The position numbers and the translations under genes are program-made. Under the pieces are notes generated by a model. It saw only the letters and a program-made list of their open reading frames with translations. It did no database searches and was not told the origin of the DNA. A DNA stretch of 64,000 nt from an uncultured Phycisphaerales bacterium (GTDB lineage Bacteria; Planctomycetota; Phycisphaerae; Tepidisphaerales; Tepidisphaeraceae): NCBI GenBank assembly GCA_963844715.1, contig CAWJPJ010000008.1, positions 32,001 to 96,000 of the forward strand, given 5' to 3'. Shown in pieces: positions 1 to 12,839 of the stretch (position 1 is its first letter; each line of letters opens with the position of its first letter).

Positions 1-1782
1 GATCACGGTCTTTTCCGCCGGGTATATGAAGGGGGAGCCGGGGTATTTCCGTTTCTTCGCGTATCTGGGGCTATTTATCTTCGCGATGACCTGCCTGGTG
101 ATGGGGAACAACTTCATCATGCTTTATCTGGGGTGGGAAGGCGTGGGGGTCTGCTCGTATCTGCTGATCGGGTACTACTACGAAAAACCCTCGGCGGTCG
201 CGGCGGCGAAAAAGGCGTTCCTGGTGAACCGAATCGGGGATTTTGGATTCGGGCTCGGGATCATGCTCATCTGGAAGGTTTTTCATACCGTCAGCTATTT
301 CGGCGACGGATCGGTGATGGCGCCAGGGGTATTCCAATTGGCGTTGCACACCGGCGGAACCTACGGCGCGGAAATGAAATGGATCCCGTTCCTGCTGATG
401 CTGGGAGCGTTCGGAAAATCGGCGCAATTCCCGCTCTATGTCTGGCTGCCTGACGCAATGGAAGGCCCGACGCCGGTTTCGGCGCTGATCCACGCCGCGA
501 CCATGGTGACCGCGGGCGTTTACATGATCGCCCGCTGCGGCGTTCTGTTTGTCGGAAATCAGGCGGCGATGAACACCGTGGCCGAGATCGGCGCCTTCAC
601 GGCGCTATTTGCGGCGACGATCGCGCTGCGGCAGTTCGATCTGAAAAAGGTCTTTGCCTACAGCACGATCAGCCAGCTCGGCTACATGTTCGTCGGCGTG
701 GGAGTCATGGCGCCGGTGGCGGGCGTGTTTCATCTCGTGACACACGCGTTTTTCAAGGCCCTGCTCTTCTTGAGTTCGGGCGTCGTGATGCATGCGATGT
801 CGGGTGAATTGGACATGCGGAAGATGTCCGGGCTGAAGAAAGTCCTGCCCTGGACGAATATATTCATGCTCGTCGGGTGCTTGGCGCTGGCCGGTTTCCC
901 CTTCTTCAGCGGATTTTTCTCCAAGGACGAAATTGTCGCGGCCGCGTACCGCCAGAGCCCGGCGCTGGGGATCATTCTGCTGCTGGCGGCGTTTTTGACG
1001 GCGTATTACACGTTCCGGCTCTATTTCCGAGTGTTTCAGGGTCCGCTGGTCGTACCGCCTCCGCCGGCTCCTCCGGCGCATCAGGTTGATGCCGACCACG
1101 ATCATGGCCACGGACATGATGATGCCCACGATCGCGCCCACGGGCACGCGGAGGAACACCATCACAATCATGAGCCGTTGGTCATGATGCTGCCCCTGGC
1201 GCTGCTGACGATCGGGGCGCTGTGCGCGGGGTATTTGAATTGGCCGTCACAGCAATTGCGGGATTTTCTCGGCAAGAGCCCCTCGATGGAGATGAGCTAC
1301 GACATGGCGGTCGATTGGTACGGGCCCAAGAGTGACCTGATTAACGCCGACGGGTTGGGACAGGTCCAGGCCGAGGGCGAGGCGGGGGGCGAGAAGAGCT
1401 CGTTCCCGATTTCTCCGCTGATGATGATCAGCGGTTTGATTTCCATCGCGGGCATTGGGTTGGCCTATGTATTCCATTTGGCCGACCGCGCTCGCGGGGA
1501 CAGACTGGCCGTAGAGCTCGGCCCGCTGACGCGCATACTGGAAGCCAAGTATTGGGTGGACGAAGCGTACCAGGCGTTGATCGTGGACCCGCTCTTCTGG
1601 GCGGGGGAGCGATTTTCGACATCGACCGGTACATCGTGGACGGGATCGTATCAACAGTGGGACTGATTCCGCAGCTCGGCGGTTTTGCGATGAAGCTTTC
1701 CACGCAGCGCGGTTATTTGCAGGGCTATGCCGCCGCCATGCTCTTGGGCATCGCGGCGATTCTTCTGCTGATGTTCGTCTGA
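1..1782 (+). CDS. nuoL: NADH-quinone oxidoreductase subunit L (5' truncated by window; frameshift near 1610)
   Basis: Motifs WEGVGVCSYLLIG, GKSAQFPLYVWLPDAMEGPTPVSALIHAATMV, FHLVTHAFFK, FFSKDEI. C-terminus (IDRYIVDG...GYLQGY) continues in ORF 1552..1782. Confidence 0.95.
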
Positions 1783-1795
1783 TCGGAGTTGGAAT

Positions 1796-3332
1796 TTGAA
1801 CGGTGGTCTGACAGTTTTGCTTCTGCTGGTCCCAGCCCTGGGGTCCCTGCTGGGGGCGTTGCTTCCGCAGGCGGTTTCGCGCGGATGGGCGCTGTTCGTC
1901 AGCACGGCGACGCTGCTGGTCGCGCTCATCATGGCGTGCGGGTTCAACTACAGCGCAGGCTTCCTGCAATACAAATACACGGGCTTTGCGCTTCCAGGCA
2001 TCGGGACGGCGTTTGCGCTGGGGGTCGATTCGATTTCGCTGTGGCTGGTTCTGCTGACGGTGCTGCTGGTGCCGCTGGCGGTGCTGGCGAGCTTTAAGAG
2101 CATCCAGGACCGGTCGCGGGAATATTACGCGTGGATGCTCCTGCTGCTGGCGGCGATGCTCGGCGTGTTTGTGGTGCGCGACCTGCTCGTGTTCTATATC
2201 TTCTTCGAACTGACCCTGGTGCCGATGTTTTTCATCATCGGGATCTGGGGCGGCCCGGAGCGGCGCTACGCGGCGGGCAAGTTCTTCCTCTTCACGTTCA
2301 CGGGGTCCGTCTTCACGCTGGCCGGAGCGATCTATCTGGGATACAAGGCCGGGAGCTTCGACATTCAAAAGGTCGTCCTCTTCGCACAAACGCAATTGAC
2401 CCCGACCGAGCGCTATTGGCTGTTGCTGGCCCTGATGGCGGGGTTTGCCGTGAAGGTCCCGCTCTTTCCGGTGCATACCTGGCTGCCATTGGCGGCACAC
2501 CGAAGCGCCGACGGCGGGCAGCGTCATCCTCGCCGGCGTTTTGCTGAAATTGGGGACCTATGGACTCTTGCGCCTGGCGGTGCCGATCGGGCTTATCGCC
2601 ACGGATCAGGTCACCTTCGCCAGGACCCTGTCGGTGATCGGCGGACTGTGCGTGGTCGGCGTGATCTACGGAGCGCTCGTCGCCTGGGTTCAGCAGGATA
2701 TCAAGAAACTGGTGGCATATAGCTCGGTCTCGCACCTGGGTTTTTGCGTGCTGGGATTGCTCGCGCTGAATACGCACGGCATCGAAGGTTCGATCCTATA
2801 CATGATCAATCATGGGCTTTCGACCGGGGCGCTCTTCCTCGTCGTCGGCATGATTTACGATCGGTATCACACCCGCGACATCAATCAACTCTCCGGCCTG
2901 GCGAAGCGAATGCCGATCCTTGCGTTCTTTTTCGTGCTGTTTGCGCTGTCGAGCATCGGGCTGCCGGGGTTGAACGGATTTGTGAGTGAGTTTCTGACGA
3001 TTCTGGGGGCGTTTACGTCGAATTTCCTGGGGATCAAATACGGGGCGACGGCGGCATTGGGAATTATTCTGGGCGCCGTCTACATGCTGCACATGCTCGC
3101 CAAGGTGGTCTGGGGCCCGCTGAAGACGCCGGTGCTGCACGGCGAACATGGAGAAAGCCACGCGACGCCCGGCGATATCGGCGCGCGGGAAATCGCGATT
3201 CTGGTTCCGCTGGCGGTGGCGGTGGTGTGGCTGGGTGTTTATCCCGGGCCGCTGCTGCGGTCGCTGAGAGGGCCTGTGAGCAAATTGGACGCGCCTCTGG
3301 TGTACCGCTCGACCGAGGCTTCGGCGAGATAA
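1796..3332 (+). CDS. nuoM: NADH-quinone oxidoreductase subunit M (frameshift near 2495)
   Basis: FFELTLVPMFFIIGIWG and FAVKVPLFPVHTWLP in ORF 1796..2722; LLKLGTYG, AYSSVSHLG, GLPGLNGFVSEF in ORF 2541..3332. Confidence 0.95.
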
Positions 3333-3335
3333 GTC

Positions 3336-4921
3336 ATGAGAGAACTGATACACGCCATGTTTCCGGAGATCGTGCTGTGCGCGGCGGCGTGCGGGTTATT
3401 TTTGCTCGGCGTATCGCATCAGGCGGGCGTGCGGCGCTCGGCGCCGGTGTTTGCACTGCTGGCATTGGCGATCGCCCTCGTTTCGCAATTTTCCAGGTTC
3501 TCGGGCAGAGCATCGCTGGCCGATAACATGCACACCGTGCAGGTGTATGAGTTTGGGCGATATATCAAGCTGCTGTCGGCGGTGATCGCGATATTCATGG
3601 TCATGCTCGCCTGGCCGGATAATCCGCAAGGGACGGGCGGGCCGGCAGTCGAATGGGGCGCCGAGGCAGGGGAATTCTTTGCCCTGATGCTCCTGTCGAT
3701 CGCCGGGCTGTTCATCGTGGCCGGAGCGAACGACTTCATGCTCCTGTTCCTGGGGATCGAACTGGCGAGCATCCCGACTTACATCATGGTCAGCATCTCC
3801 CGGCCCCTCGCGGTAGCGCAGGAGGCGGGCGTCAAGTATTTCTTCCTCGGCGCCATGGCGGTGGCGGTCATGCTGTTTGGGTTCAGCTATCTCTACGGCG
3901 CGACGGGCACGACCAAGCTGGATCAGATCCAGGCGGCAATGTCGCCGGCAACGGGATTCACGCCCTGGGAAACCCTGGCGGTGGTGATGCTCATCGCGGG
4001 ATTCGCCTTCAAGATGGCGGCGGTGCCGATGCATGTTTATGCCGGAGACGTTTACGAAGGCGCCGCGACGCCGGTCACAGCGTTTTTGAGCTTTGTTCCC
4101 AAGGCGAGCGGGTTTGTCGCGCTGCTGAAGATTCTCTATGCCGTGACCGGCGGAACCTGGCAGCGCCGCCCGATATCGTCAAGCTACTCTGGATTCTCGC
4201 GTTCCTGACCATGACGATCGGCAACACGCTCGGCCTCGTGCAGGTGCGGAACGTCAAGCGCGTTTTAGCCTATAGCTCCGTGGCGCACAGCGGCTATATG
4301 CTGGTCGGAGTCACGGCGCTGGTTTCCACAAAGGTCCCGAATATCCAAACCGCGGCGCTGCGCGGCGTGCTGTTCTATCTGACCGCGTACGGACTGATGA
4401 ACATCGCCGCGTTCGGAGTGCTCATCCTCCTTCCGAGCCGCAATTCCCAGCCGGCGACGAGCGCTGAAACTTTCGAGGATTTGGCGGGAATGGGGCGGAA
4501 GCACGTGGTCCTTGGCCTGGCCATGGCGGTGAGCTGTTTCAGCTTGATCGGACTCCCGCTGACGATTGGATTCTTCGGCAAGCTTTATTTGATCGGCCCG
4601 GCGCTGAGCGCGAATCTCTACTGGCTGGTGGTGTTGCTGGTGATCAACGCGGCGATCAGCGCGGCGTACTATCTGAAAATCGTAGCTACGATGTTTTTGC
4701 GAACCGAGCCCGGACAAGCCGCCGGGCAGACCAGCGGGCCGGATCGGCACCCGTTCCCGGTCATGGTGGCTGTCGGGGTCTCGATGTTTCTGGTGCTCTG
4801 GTTGGGGATTGTTTGGCCCGCGACCGGCCGCCTGACCGCGCGGACCACCAAAGCCACGCAGCTTGAACCGCTTGCCTTGCCGAGTGTTACTGCATCTGCA
4901 ACGGCATCTCTTGATCGGTAA
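3336..4921 (+). CDS. nuoN: NADH-quinone oxidoreductase subunit N (frameshift near 4165)
   Basis: EAGVKYFFLG, FKMAAVPMHVY..DVYEGA, NVKRVLAYSSVAHSGY, GFFGKLY; follows nuoM. Confidence 0.95.
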
Positions 4922-5180
4922 ATCACAGCAATTTGATAAAAGTCGCGAATGACTGCCGTGGATGGTGGGGATTTCTCTAATCAAGCATTTTGAGAAGGTT
5001 TGCGCGATCTGAACAAAGGGCCGGAATGATGTCGGGGGCCAAGGATGTTTTTGCGGCAGGGGGGTTCCGGAGGTCATAATCGGGAGCCGTCCCACGGAGA
5101 AAATGGGATCGGACGGCGCGCACGAAGAAAAGGGAATTTGTTGCGGCGTTTCGGCGCCGTCAAGGGAAAGGAGAGGCTTT

Positions 5181-6623
5181 ATGTTCCACCTGAGGCGTCG
5201 CGTGGGTGCGGCGATGGTGGCGGGAATGATCGGACTGGGGGCTGTAACAGTTCTTGCCGATCAACCCGCGACTCAACCCAGTAATCAAGACCTGCAAGCG
5301 CAAATCCAGCAACTCAAGGCGCAGGTCAACGAGCTGAAATCGAATCAGCAGGAAAACCAGGTCGACGAAGAGCTGGCCGTCCAGCAGGTCATCACCGAGG
5401 CGAATCAGAACAGCCAGTTGTTCGATGCGTCCACGGGGGATGCGACCTCCGGGTACCTGGCCAAGCGTTTCTTCATCGCCAGCGAAGACGGGGATTACAC
5501 CTTCAAGCCGTGGATACACATCCAGGTTCGCGATGTCACGAATATGGCGGATGGGAATTATCCCGTCCAAAACGGCATCGAAATCCGCCGGGCCCGCTTC
5601 GGGTTTGACGGCAATCTCTTCGGCAAGGATTTCACTTACTTCATCAACTGGGCCACGAATCGCGCCAACAGCACGCTGACAGTGAAGAATACAGCCGGCG
5701 CCACGGTGGGAACGACGACGTCTCCCGTCGGCGGCCTGCCGGTGCTTGAAGAAGCGTGGATGAAGTATCACATTCCGGACACGGTGTTCTATCTCCATGC
5801 CGGGCAGATGCACGATCCGCTCGATCACGAAAACATCGTGGGGTCGAAATATCGCGCGCCGGAAGCCTCGCTCCAGGGCGATATCTTCGGAAATACCGAT
5901 ACCTTCACCAAGGCGATCACCGCGATTTACGATCCGAAGACGGATCTTCGCGCCGAGGCCGGCGTGAACGACGGCATCCGCAGCGCCAACACCAATTTCG
6001 AGGACGCCCCCAACAACGGCAACGCCTATGACGGCGGCGTTGCCGGCCGCGTCGAGTACAAGATGATGGGCAACTGGAAGGATTACGACCAGCTCACCGC
6101 CTACGGCGACAAGGACGATCTGCTGGTGCTCGGCTCCGGCATCGACTGGTCTTACGGCAGCGGCGCGTACGAGACGATCTCGCACACCGCCGATTTGCAA
6201 TACGGCGATCCGGAAGGTTGGTTTGCGTATCTCTGCTATTTCGGGCGGTATACGAATCATCAGATCGGAATTCCCGCCACCAGCAACCCGGGCGCTTCGT
6301 TCGGAACGCCGGGCGATCTTGGGGCGGATACCTATGAGCCATCGGTGGACGTACTGGTCGCTTACATGATCACCGACAAGCTCGAGCCGTTCGCCCGTTA
6401 CGAATACATGCACCTCCAAGGCACCCCGGCCGGGAGCAACAACAACGTGACGGACATCTCGCTCGGCGCCAATTACTATTTCTATGGACACAATCTGAAG
6501 TTCACGGGAATGGTGACCTATCTGCCGACGGGAATTCCCATCAGCGATACGAGTTCGGATGTCTTGGCCGACAACAACAAGGCTGAGGTGGTCTTCATCA
6601 CGCAGATTCAGCTGTTGCTTTAG
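5181..6623 (+). CDS. Phosphate-selective porin O/P-like outer-membrane beta-barrel (porin 1)
   Basis: SD GGAG upstream of ATG 5181; signal peptide, short coiled coil, GIEIRRARFGFDGN motif, GANYYFYGHNLKF, C-terminal beta-signal-like TQIQLLL. Confidence 0.8.
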   Translation: MFHLRRRVGAAMVAGMIGLGAVTVLADQPATQPSNQDLQAQIQQLKAQVNELKSNQQENQVDEELAVQQVITEANQNSQLFDASTGDATSGYLAKRFFIASEDGDYTFKPWIHIQVRDVTNMADGNYPVQNGIEIRRARFGFDGNLFGKDFTYFINWATNRANSTLTVKNTAGATVGTTTSPVGGLPVLEEAWMKYHIPDTVFYLHAGQMHDPLDHENIVGSKYRAPEASLQGDIFGNTDTFTKAITAIYDPKTDLRAEAGVNDGIRSANTNFEDAPNNGNAYDGGVAGRVEYKMMGNWKDYDQLTAYGDKDDLLVLGSGIDWSYGSGAYETISHTADLQYGDPEGWFAYLCYFGRYTNHQIGIPATSNPGASFGTPGDLGADTYEPSVDVLVAYMITDKLEPFARYEYMHLQGTPAGSNNNVTDISLGANYYFYGHNLKFTGMVTYLPTGIPISDTSSDVLADNNKAEVVFITQIQLLL

Positions 6624-6643
6624 AAAAAAATGAGTGCGGAAAC

Positions 6644-6680
6644 GAAAGGGCCGGTGCGAACGCCGGCCCTTTTTCTTTTC
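6644..6680 (+). terminator. Intrinsic terminator between convergent porin and efflux genes (possibly bidirectional)
   Basis: AAAGGGCCGGTG-CGAA-CGCCGGCCCTTT stem followed by a T-rich run. Confidence 0.8.
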
Positions 6681-6686
6681 TGCGGT

Positions 6687-8227
6687 TTATTTCTCCGGGT
6701 CGGAAGGGCCCAGCACCTGCTGGAAGGTGGCGATGATCGCCGGTTGCGGCTTGGACGGAGCGGGAATGGATTGGTAATCCTCCCACCCGCCGCCGAGTCC
6801 CTTGTAGATGGCGATGAATTGCAGCACGACGGCTTCCTGGGTCACTTCATACTGATCCTGAAGGACGTATAGCTGTCGCTCGGCGTCGGCGACGTTCAGA
6901 AAGTCGATGATCCCGCGATTGTATCGCTCCTGCGCCAGCGTGACGGGCGCTGCCCGGCCTGGAGGGCGTCGGCGAGATTCCCCGCGCATTCCTGCTCGGC
7001 GGCGAAGGCGGCGACCGCGTCGTCCACCTCTTCAACCGCGGAAAGAATCGTCCGCTTGTAGTTCACCAGGGCGGCGTGCGTTTCCAATTTCTGCGTCTGG
7101 ATCTGCGCGTCCAGTGCGCCAAAATCCAGAAGCGGCCATTCCGCCAACGGACCCGCCGACCAGAGGAAGGAATTCATCGGGTCGCTTCGGCCCATCCCCT
7201 GCCCCTGTAAGCCGACGCCGGCGGTGACGGCGACGTTGGGAAAGAGCTCGGCCGATGGCGACCCCGACGTTGGCGGTATTGATCGCGACTTCGCGCTCCG
7301 CTTCAAGGATATCGGGCCGGCGGCGAAGCAGATCGACGGGCAATCCCGGCTGGATCGCGGCCGGAACCTGCGGCAATTCGCCGGGAGCCGACAGCTCGGC
7401 GGATAAGTCCTGCGGATACTCTCCCAGCAGAACCGCCACCCGGTCGCGCGCAGGCGGACAAGCTCGAATCAAGCGGGCCCACCTCGGCCTGAAGGACCGC
7501 CAGCTCGCGTTTCGCCAGCGCCAGATCGAGTTCATTCACAATTCCCAGATCGACGCGCTGCTGCTCGATATGTACGGTGAGCTGCGCGCTTTTGATGTTG
7601 TTTTGAAGAATCGCCAGCCGCAGTTGCAGGGTTCGCGTGTCGAGATAGGCGCGGGCGACGTCGGAGACGACCGTAATCAGCACGGCGTTGCGCATTTCCG
7701 CCATCGCCTGCGTGTTGTATTTTGCCGCCTCGATTTCCCTACGGTATTTGCCCCAGATGTCCAGCTCCCACCCGGCGTCAAATCCGACGACCTGGGTGAT
7801 TTCCTTCAGTCCGTCGGTGTTGGTGCCGGCGTTGAGGGGGCCGTCGATTCGGCCCTTCACGGAATTGGTCCCCGAGCCGCGCGCCACGGCCCCGCTGGCC
7901 CCCCCAAAGGGAAGCGAAGCGCCTTCGATGACGGCTTCCTGTTCCCGCGCTTCCTGCACGCGCGTCAGGGCGATCTCGATGTCCAGATTGGCGGCGATGG
8001 CGCGGTCGATCAGGGAGTCGAGTTCGGGGTCGTTAAAGCTGCGCCACCAGCGGGTCATGTCCACCGTCACCGCGGCTCGCCGCAGTGGAGGGAGCGGTCG
8101 TCGGAGCAGGCTCGAAATTATCCGGGACCTTCACATCGGGCTGGTGGTAGTTCGGACCGACGCTGCATCCGGCCAGAACCGTCAGGATCGCCGAGATGGA
8201 TAGGACTCCGACCGCTTTCATAACCAT
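6687..8227 (-). CDS. Efflux outer-membrane lipoprotein, NodT/OprM family (several frameshifts)
   Basis: Lipobox LAGC-SVGPNY, WWRSFNDPELDSLI, WELDIWG, LLRRRPDI, YKGLGGGW spread over ORFs 8033..8227, 7303..8070, 7032..7535, 6896..7306, 6687..6989. Confidence 0.88.
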
Positions 8228-8247
8228 GGGCTCCGGCGTATTTGGGT

Positions 8248-9670
8248 TCAGTGCGTTGGCCCGGCAGGGTCCGCCGTGGTTTGGGAACCGGACGCTTTGG
8301 CGATCGGATCCTGCGCGGCCGGGGCGTCGACGACTTTCACCGGGGAATCGATGTCGGTTGCCACCACCTTGTCGCCTTCATCTATTTGATTGCTGAGATT
8401 GAGCGCCACCTTGTCATCCGGCGCGACGCCCGAGGAGAGTTCCACGAAATCGCCATTATCGATGGCGATGTTGACTTTGTGGAAGGCGACCTGCCCATCG
8501 TCCCCGACGACCGCGACGACCGGACCGCTGGCGCGGAAGATCATGGCGCTGGCGGGAACCTGAAGAAGTCCCTTGCGCGTGATGTCGAAGGTGACCTGCA
8601 AATACATGCCGGGCAGGAGAACCCCCTGCGGATTGTCGATGTCGACTTCAACGCGGAGGGTTCGCGTGGCCGGATCGATGGCGTTGGCGGTGCGTGTGAT
8701 GGCGCCCGTGAAGTCCTGGTCGGGATACTCGTTGCATCGCGCGGTGGCCGGAACGCCCACGGTCATTCCAGACGCCTCGTTTTGCGGAACATCGACAAAC
8801 ACGCGGATTTTGTTGATCTGCGCTATCGCGTAGAGGGAAGTCGTATTCGAAGTGCTGCCGGCGGTGACGAGATCGCCGATGTCGATGCGCCGCGCGGTGA
8901 TGACGCCGTCGAACGGCCGCCGTCACGCGCTTAAAGGCTTCCAGGGCGCTGAGCTGATCGACGTTGGATTGATCGGCGCTGACTTTGGATTCCGCGGCCG
9001 TCAGGTGGGCCACGCCGGAGTTGAATTCGGCTTTCTTCTCCTCGCGTTCCTGTTGCGAAACGACGCCCTGCTCGGCCTGCTTCCACCGCTCATAAGTGGT
9101 CTTCGTGAAATCGGCGTTCGCCTGGGCGACCTCGACTTCGGACCCGGAGATCGCCAGTTGGTGCTCGGCGGCCTGGAGCTGGGCGTCGAGGTCCGGGGTT
9201 TCGATCGTCGCCAGGACCTGCCCCTTGGTTACATGATCCCCGATATCGACATACCATTGTCCGACATACCCGCTGACCCGCGCATAAATGGTGCTTTCAT
9301 ACCAGCCGTGCGCCGCCCCCGGCAGCGGGAGCGACTGCGTCGCCGGGCGCGTTTGACGGTCACGACATCCACGCCCGGCGGAGCCGCGGCATCGGTGGCG
9401 GCGTCAGCCTGCAATTCTTCAAACGCCTTAGCCTTGGAATGCTGGACAAGAACGAATCCCACGGCCAGGGCGATTCCAAGCAGCGCAGCGCAGATCGCCA
9501 GAATCCGCCCCGTGGAGCGCGAAGGGCGCGGATCGCCGTGGTGCGCGCCTTTCGCGCTCCAATTTAATCAGCGTGACTTCGGCGATTGAATCGGGGGAAA
9601 CGGAATGCCCGTCGGGGCCGTCCGATTCCGGGCCGTTGATGTCGGGATTATGCGGTTGCACGGGCACCAT
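8248..9670 (-). CDS. RND efflux periplasmic adaptor subunit (frameshifted)
   Basis: FTGAITRTANAIDPATRTLRVEVDIDN..LLPGMY; lies between the RND permease and the outer-membrane factor. Confidence 0.85.
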
Positions 9671-12600
9671 CCTGTAAGGCGACTTGACTGCGCCGGCTGA
9701 GCAAACGGAACATCGATGGCACGAATATCAGCGTGGCGAACGTTGCAAAGAGCAATCCGCCGATGACCGCGCGGGCCAGCGGCGCGTTCTGCTCGCCGCC
9801 TTCGCCGACGCCCAGGGCCATGGGGATCATCCCTAGGATCATAGCTCCCGCCGTCATGAGAACCGGCCGAATACGCATATATCCCGCGGTAATCGCCGCG
9901 CTGGAGCTGTCGTCGCCCGCTTCGAGGCGATCATTGGCAAACGTGACCACCAGGATGCTGTTGGCGGTGGTTAGGCCGATGCACATCAGCGTGCCCATCA
10001 ATGCAGGGACGCTGATATGCGTCTGCGTGAAATAGAGCATCCACATCACGCCCCCCAGGGCAAAAGGCACGGCCAGTAATACGATGATCGGATCGAGCCA
10101 GCTCTGAAATTTGACGACCATCAAAAGATAAACAAGCACGACCGCCAAGGCCATGCCGGAAAAGAGGCCGTTGAAGCTGGTTCGCATCGTTTCGGCCTGC
10201 CCGGACAAATTGACCTTCATCGCGCTCGAGGCGGGAGGCTGATCGCGGTCGATCACTTCCTGAATGGCGTCGGTGGCGCTCTTCATGTCGCGGCCTTGCA
10301 CGTCCGCGTTGACGTCAAAGACCGGGCGGATGTTGGATTGCGAGATCACCATCGGGATCGTGGAGCGTCCAAAGCTCGCGATATTCGTCAGCAACTGCGA
10401 GCGGCTATCGGTATCCGTCGCCAGCGGGATATCCTTGATGTCCTGGATGGAATTCATCTTATACGTCGCTTCCTGGACCACCAGCGGATAACTGACGCTG
10501 TTGCGCGGATTGACCCAAAAATTGGGGGCGATCTGCGCGCTGTTGTTGAGGGAGACGAGGAGATCGGCGGCGGCGTTCTGCTGGCTCAGGCCGACGTCCT
10601 GCGCCAAGGTCCGATCCACGTCCACGCTCAGAGCCGGCGCATCCGGAACCTGGAAGACGTGCGAATCGACGATCCCCGGCACGCTCTGAATGTCATGCGC
10701 CAACTTCGAGGCGACCGCATAAACCCGATCGTTGTCCGGGCCCGTAATGCGAATATCGATCGGTGCCGGCTGCCCAAAATTCAGCACCTGATTGACAATG
10801 TCCGCCGGCTGGAAGAAGAACTCCATGCTGGGGAATCGCTTCGGCAAATCCCGGCGCAAATCTTTCATGTGCTCGGCGGTGGGGGTGTGCTTCTTGTTCA
10901 GGGAGATGAGGATTTCCCCGTCCATGGGACCGACGGTGGCGGAATCGCTCAGCGCGATGTTGATCCCGCTGTAGGGGAGCCCGATGTTGTCCAGAATCAC
11001 ATCAATCTGATCGTTCCCGACGATCTGGCGGATGGCGGTCTCGACCTGGGCGAAATCAGCCTGCGTGGTTTCGATGCGCGTACCGGGCGGGCAGCGGACG
11101 TGGAGGCGCATCTGCCCGGCGTCAACCTGCGGGAAAAAATCCTCGCCCAGTAGCGGGAACAAAAGGCAGGAGACAGCCATGAGAGCCAGAAAAAAAGCGA
11201 TGGTGGGCATCGGCCGGGATACGCACCAGGTTAAGGTTGTCTTGTAAGTCTCGCGGAAATAATTGAACCCCCGGTCGAAGCCGCGGTGGCACAGCCTCAG
11301 GGGATTTTTGGTCTTATGGTGCCTGTGAGTCGGGTCGTGATCCTGATGCGTCTGCATGTGCCGGCGCATGAGATATTTGAACAGGACCGGCACCAGCGTG
11401 AACGATAGCGCCAGGCTCGCCAGCAGCGAGATGCACACCGACATGGCCAGCGGGCTGAAGAGATATTTGGCCGTTCCCTGAAGCAGGAAAATGGGGACGA
11501 AGACGATGCAGATGGCCAAAGTCGAGAGGAGCGTGGGCACGGCGATCTCGGCAGAGCCTTCGAGAATCGCCGATTCGATCTGCTTTCTAAGCATAACCAG
11601 ATGGCGTTCGACGTTTTCAATCACGACGGTCGAGTTGTCGACGAGAATGCCGACCGCCAGCGCGAACCCCCCGAGGGTCATGGTATTGAGCGTTTCACCC
11701 ATGCAATACATGACCAGGATCGCGGCGATGATCGAGAGGGGGATCGACGCGAGGATGATGACAGTCAATCGCCAATTTCCCAGGAAAAGCAGGATCATCA
11801 GCGCGGTCAGCCCGGCGGCCATGGCGCCGCCCATCAGGACGCTGTTAAGCGATGCCTTGACGAAAATGGACTGATCGAAGATCGGCTTGATGTCGACGCC
11901 TTTAGGCAGGAGGAGCCGCAAATCCGGCAGGACGTCCTTGACGCCGTTGACGACCGCCAGCGTTGAGCTGCCGCCGGTTTTGCGGACCATCATGAGGCTG
12001 CCTGGCCGGCCGTTCTCGGTCACGGAATTGGTCTGAATCTGGAACCCATCGTGGACGTGGGCGACGTCGCGGATGAAAACCATTTTTCCGTCCACATCTT
12101 TGACCGGGAAATTATTGATGGTTGTGATCAGATTCGGGCTGTTGTTCATGGATACGGTGTAATCGCGATGCCCAAGCTTGACGTCGCCGGAGGGGAGGAT
12201 GACGTTTTGCTTCATCAGGACGTCGCTCACGTCGGTGGGGGAGAGGCCGCGGGCCTGCATGGCGTCTTTGTTCAGATCGACCATGATGACGCGCGGCTTG
12301 CCGCCATACGGGTACGGGACTGACGCCCCCTGCACGACGGCCAGGTCCGGGCGGATGATGTTCTGGCCCAGATCGTTCAGCCGCGTGTCGGATAGCGATC
12401 CGCTCGACACGCTCAATTCGATGATCGGTACGTCGGTTGCGCCATAACGAAGAATGAGCGGCGGCGTGATGTTCCGCGGCATGTATTTGAGAACAACCAG
12501 AGCGCTGCTCCCCAGCTGGGCGACCGCGCGGGTGACATCCGCTCCCTCATGCAGATAGACCTTGATGACGCCGACGCCCTGGTAGCTGTTGGATTCGATT

Positions 12601-12839
12601 CGTTCGATGTTGTCGACCAGCGAGGCAAGCTGCCGTTCGTGGAGCACGACGATGCGGTTTTGAATGTCCTCGGGGCTCATCCCGTTGTAGGTCCAGACGA
12701 CGCTGACGACGGGGATGTCGATCTCGGGGAAGATGTCGGTGGGCATGCGGAGCGCGGCGCCGACGCCGAGCAGAGCGACGAGAATGAGCGCCGCAAAGAT
12801 CGTGTAGGGGCGTTTGAGGGCAAACGCGACGATGGACAT
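9648..12839 (-). CDS. RND efflux permease subunit (AcrB/AcrD/AcrF family)
   Basis: Intact 1063 aa ORF; DIFPEIDIPVVSVVW, AVGILVDNSTVVIEN, RIRPVLMTA. Confidence 0.93.
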   Translation of the reverse strand: MSIVAFALKRPYTIFAALILVALLGVGAALRMPTDIFPEIDIPVVSVVWTYNGMSPEDIQNRIVVLHERQLASLVDNIERIESNSYQGVGVIKVYLHEGADVTRAVAQLGSSALVVLKYMPRNITPPLILRYGATDVPIIELSVSSGSLSDTRLNDLGQNIIRPDLAVVQGASVPYPYGGKPRVIMVDLNKDAMQARGLSPTDVSDVLMKQNVILPSGDVKLGHRDYTVSMNNSPNLITTINNFPVKDVDGKMVFIRDVAHVHDGFQIQTNSVTENGRPGSLMMVRKTGGSSTLAVVNGVKDVLPDLRLLLPKGVDIKPIFDQSIFVKASLNSVLMGGAMAAGLTALMILLFLGNWRLTVIILASIPLSIIAAILVMYCMGETLNTMTLGGFALAVGILVDNSTVVIENVERHLVMLRKQIESAILEGSAEIAVPTLLSTLAICIVFVPIFLLQGTAKYLFSPLAMSVCISLLASLALSFTLVPVLFKYLMRRHMQTHQDHDPTHRHHKTKNPLRLCHRGFDRGFNYFRETYKTTLTWCVSRPMPTIAFFLALMAVSCLLFPLLGEDFFPQVDAGQMRLHVRCPPGTRIETTQADFAQVETAIRQIVGNDQIDVILDNIGLPYSGINIALSDSATVGPMDGEILISLNKKHTPTAEHMKDLRRDLPKRFPSMEFFFQPADIVNQVLNFGQPAPIDIRITGPDNDRVYAVASKLAHDIQSVPGIVDSHVFQVPDAPALSVDVDRTLAQDVGLSQQNAAADLLVSLNNSAQIAPNFWVNPRNSVSYPLVVQEATYKMNSIQDIKDIPLATDTDSRSQLLTNIASFGRSTIPMVISQSNIRPVFDVNADVQGRDMKSATDAIQEVIDRDQPPASSAMKVNLSGQAETMRTSFNGLFSGMALAVVLVYLLMVVKFQSWLDPIIVLLAVPFALGGVMWMLYFTQTHISVPALMGTLMCIGLTTANSILVVTFANDRLEAGDDSSSAAITAGYMRIRPVLMTAGAMILGMIPMALGVGEGGEQNAPLARAVIGGLLFATFATLIFVPSMFRLLSRRSQVALQDGARATA

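Noticed and set aside
1075..1175. His-rich insertion in NuoL
   Set aside because: His-rich loops at this position are common in NuoL; nothing else suggests a special function.
5060..5180. Possible Moco riboswitch before porin 1 (ends in GGAAAGGAG)
   Set aside because: Lacks the GAAA-loop stem and CCTCCC elements I would expect; the match is explained by the SD.
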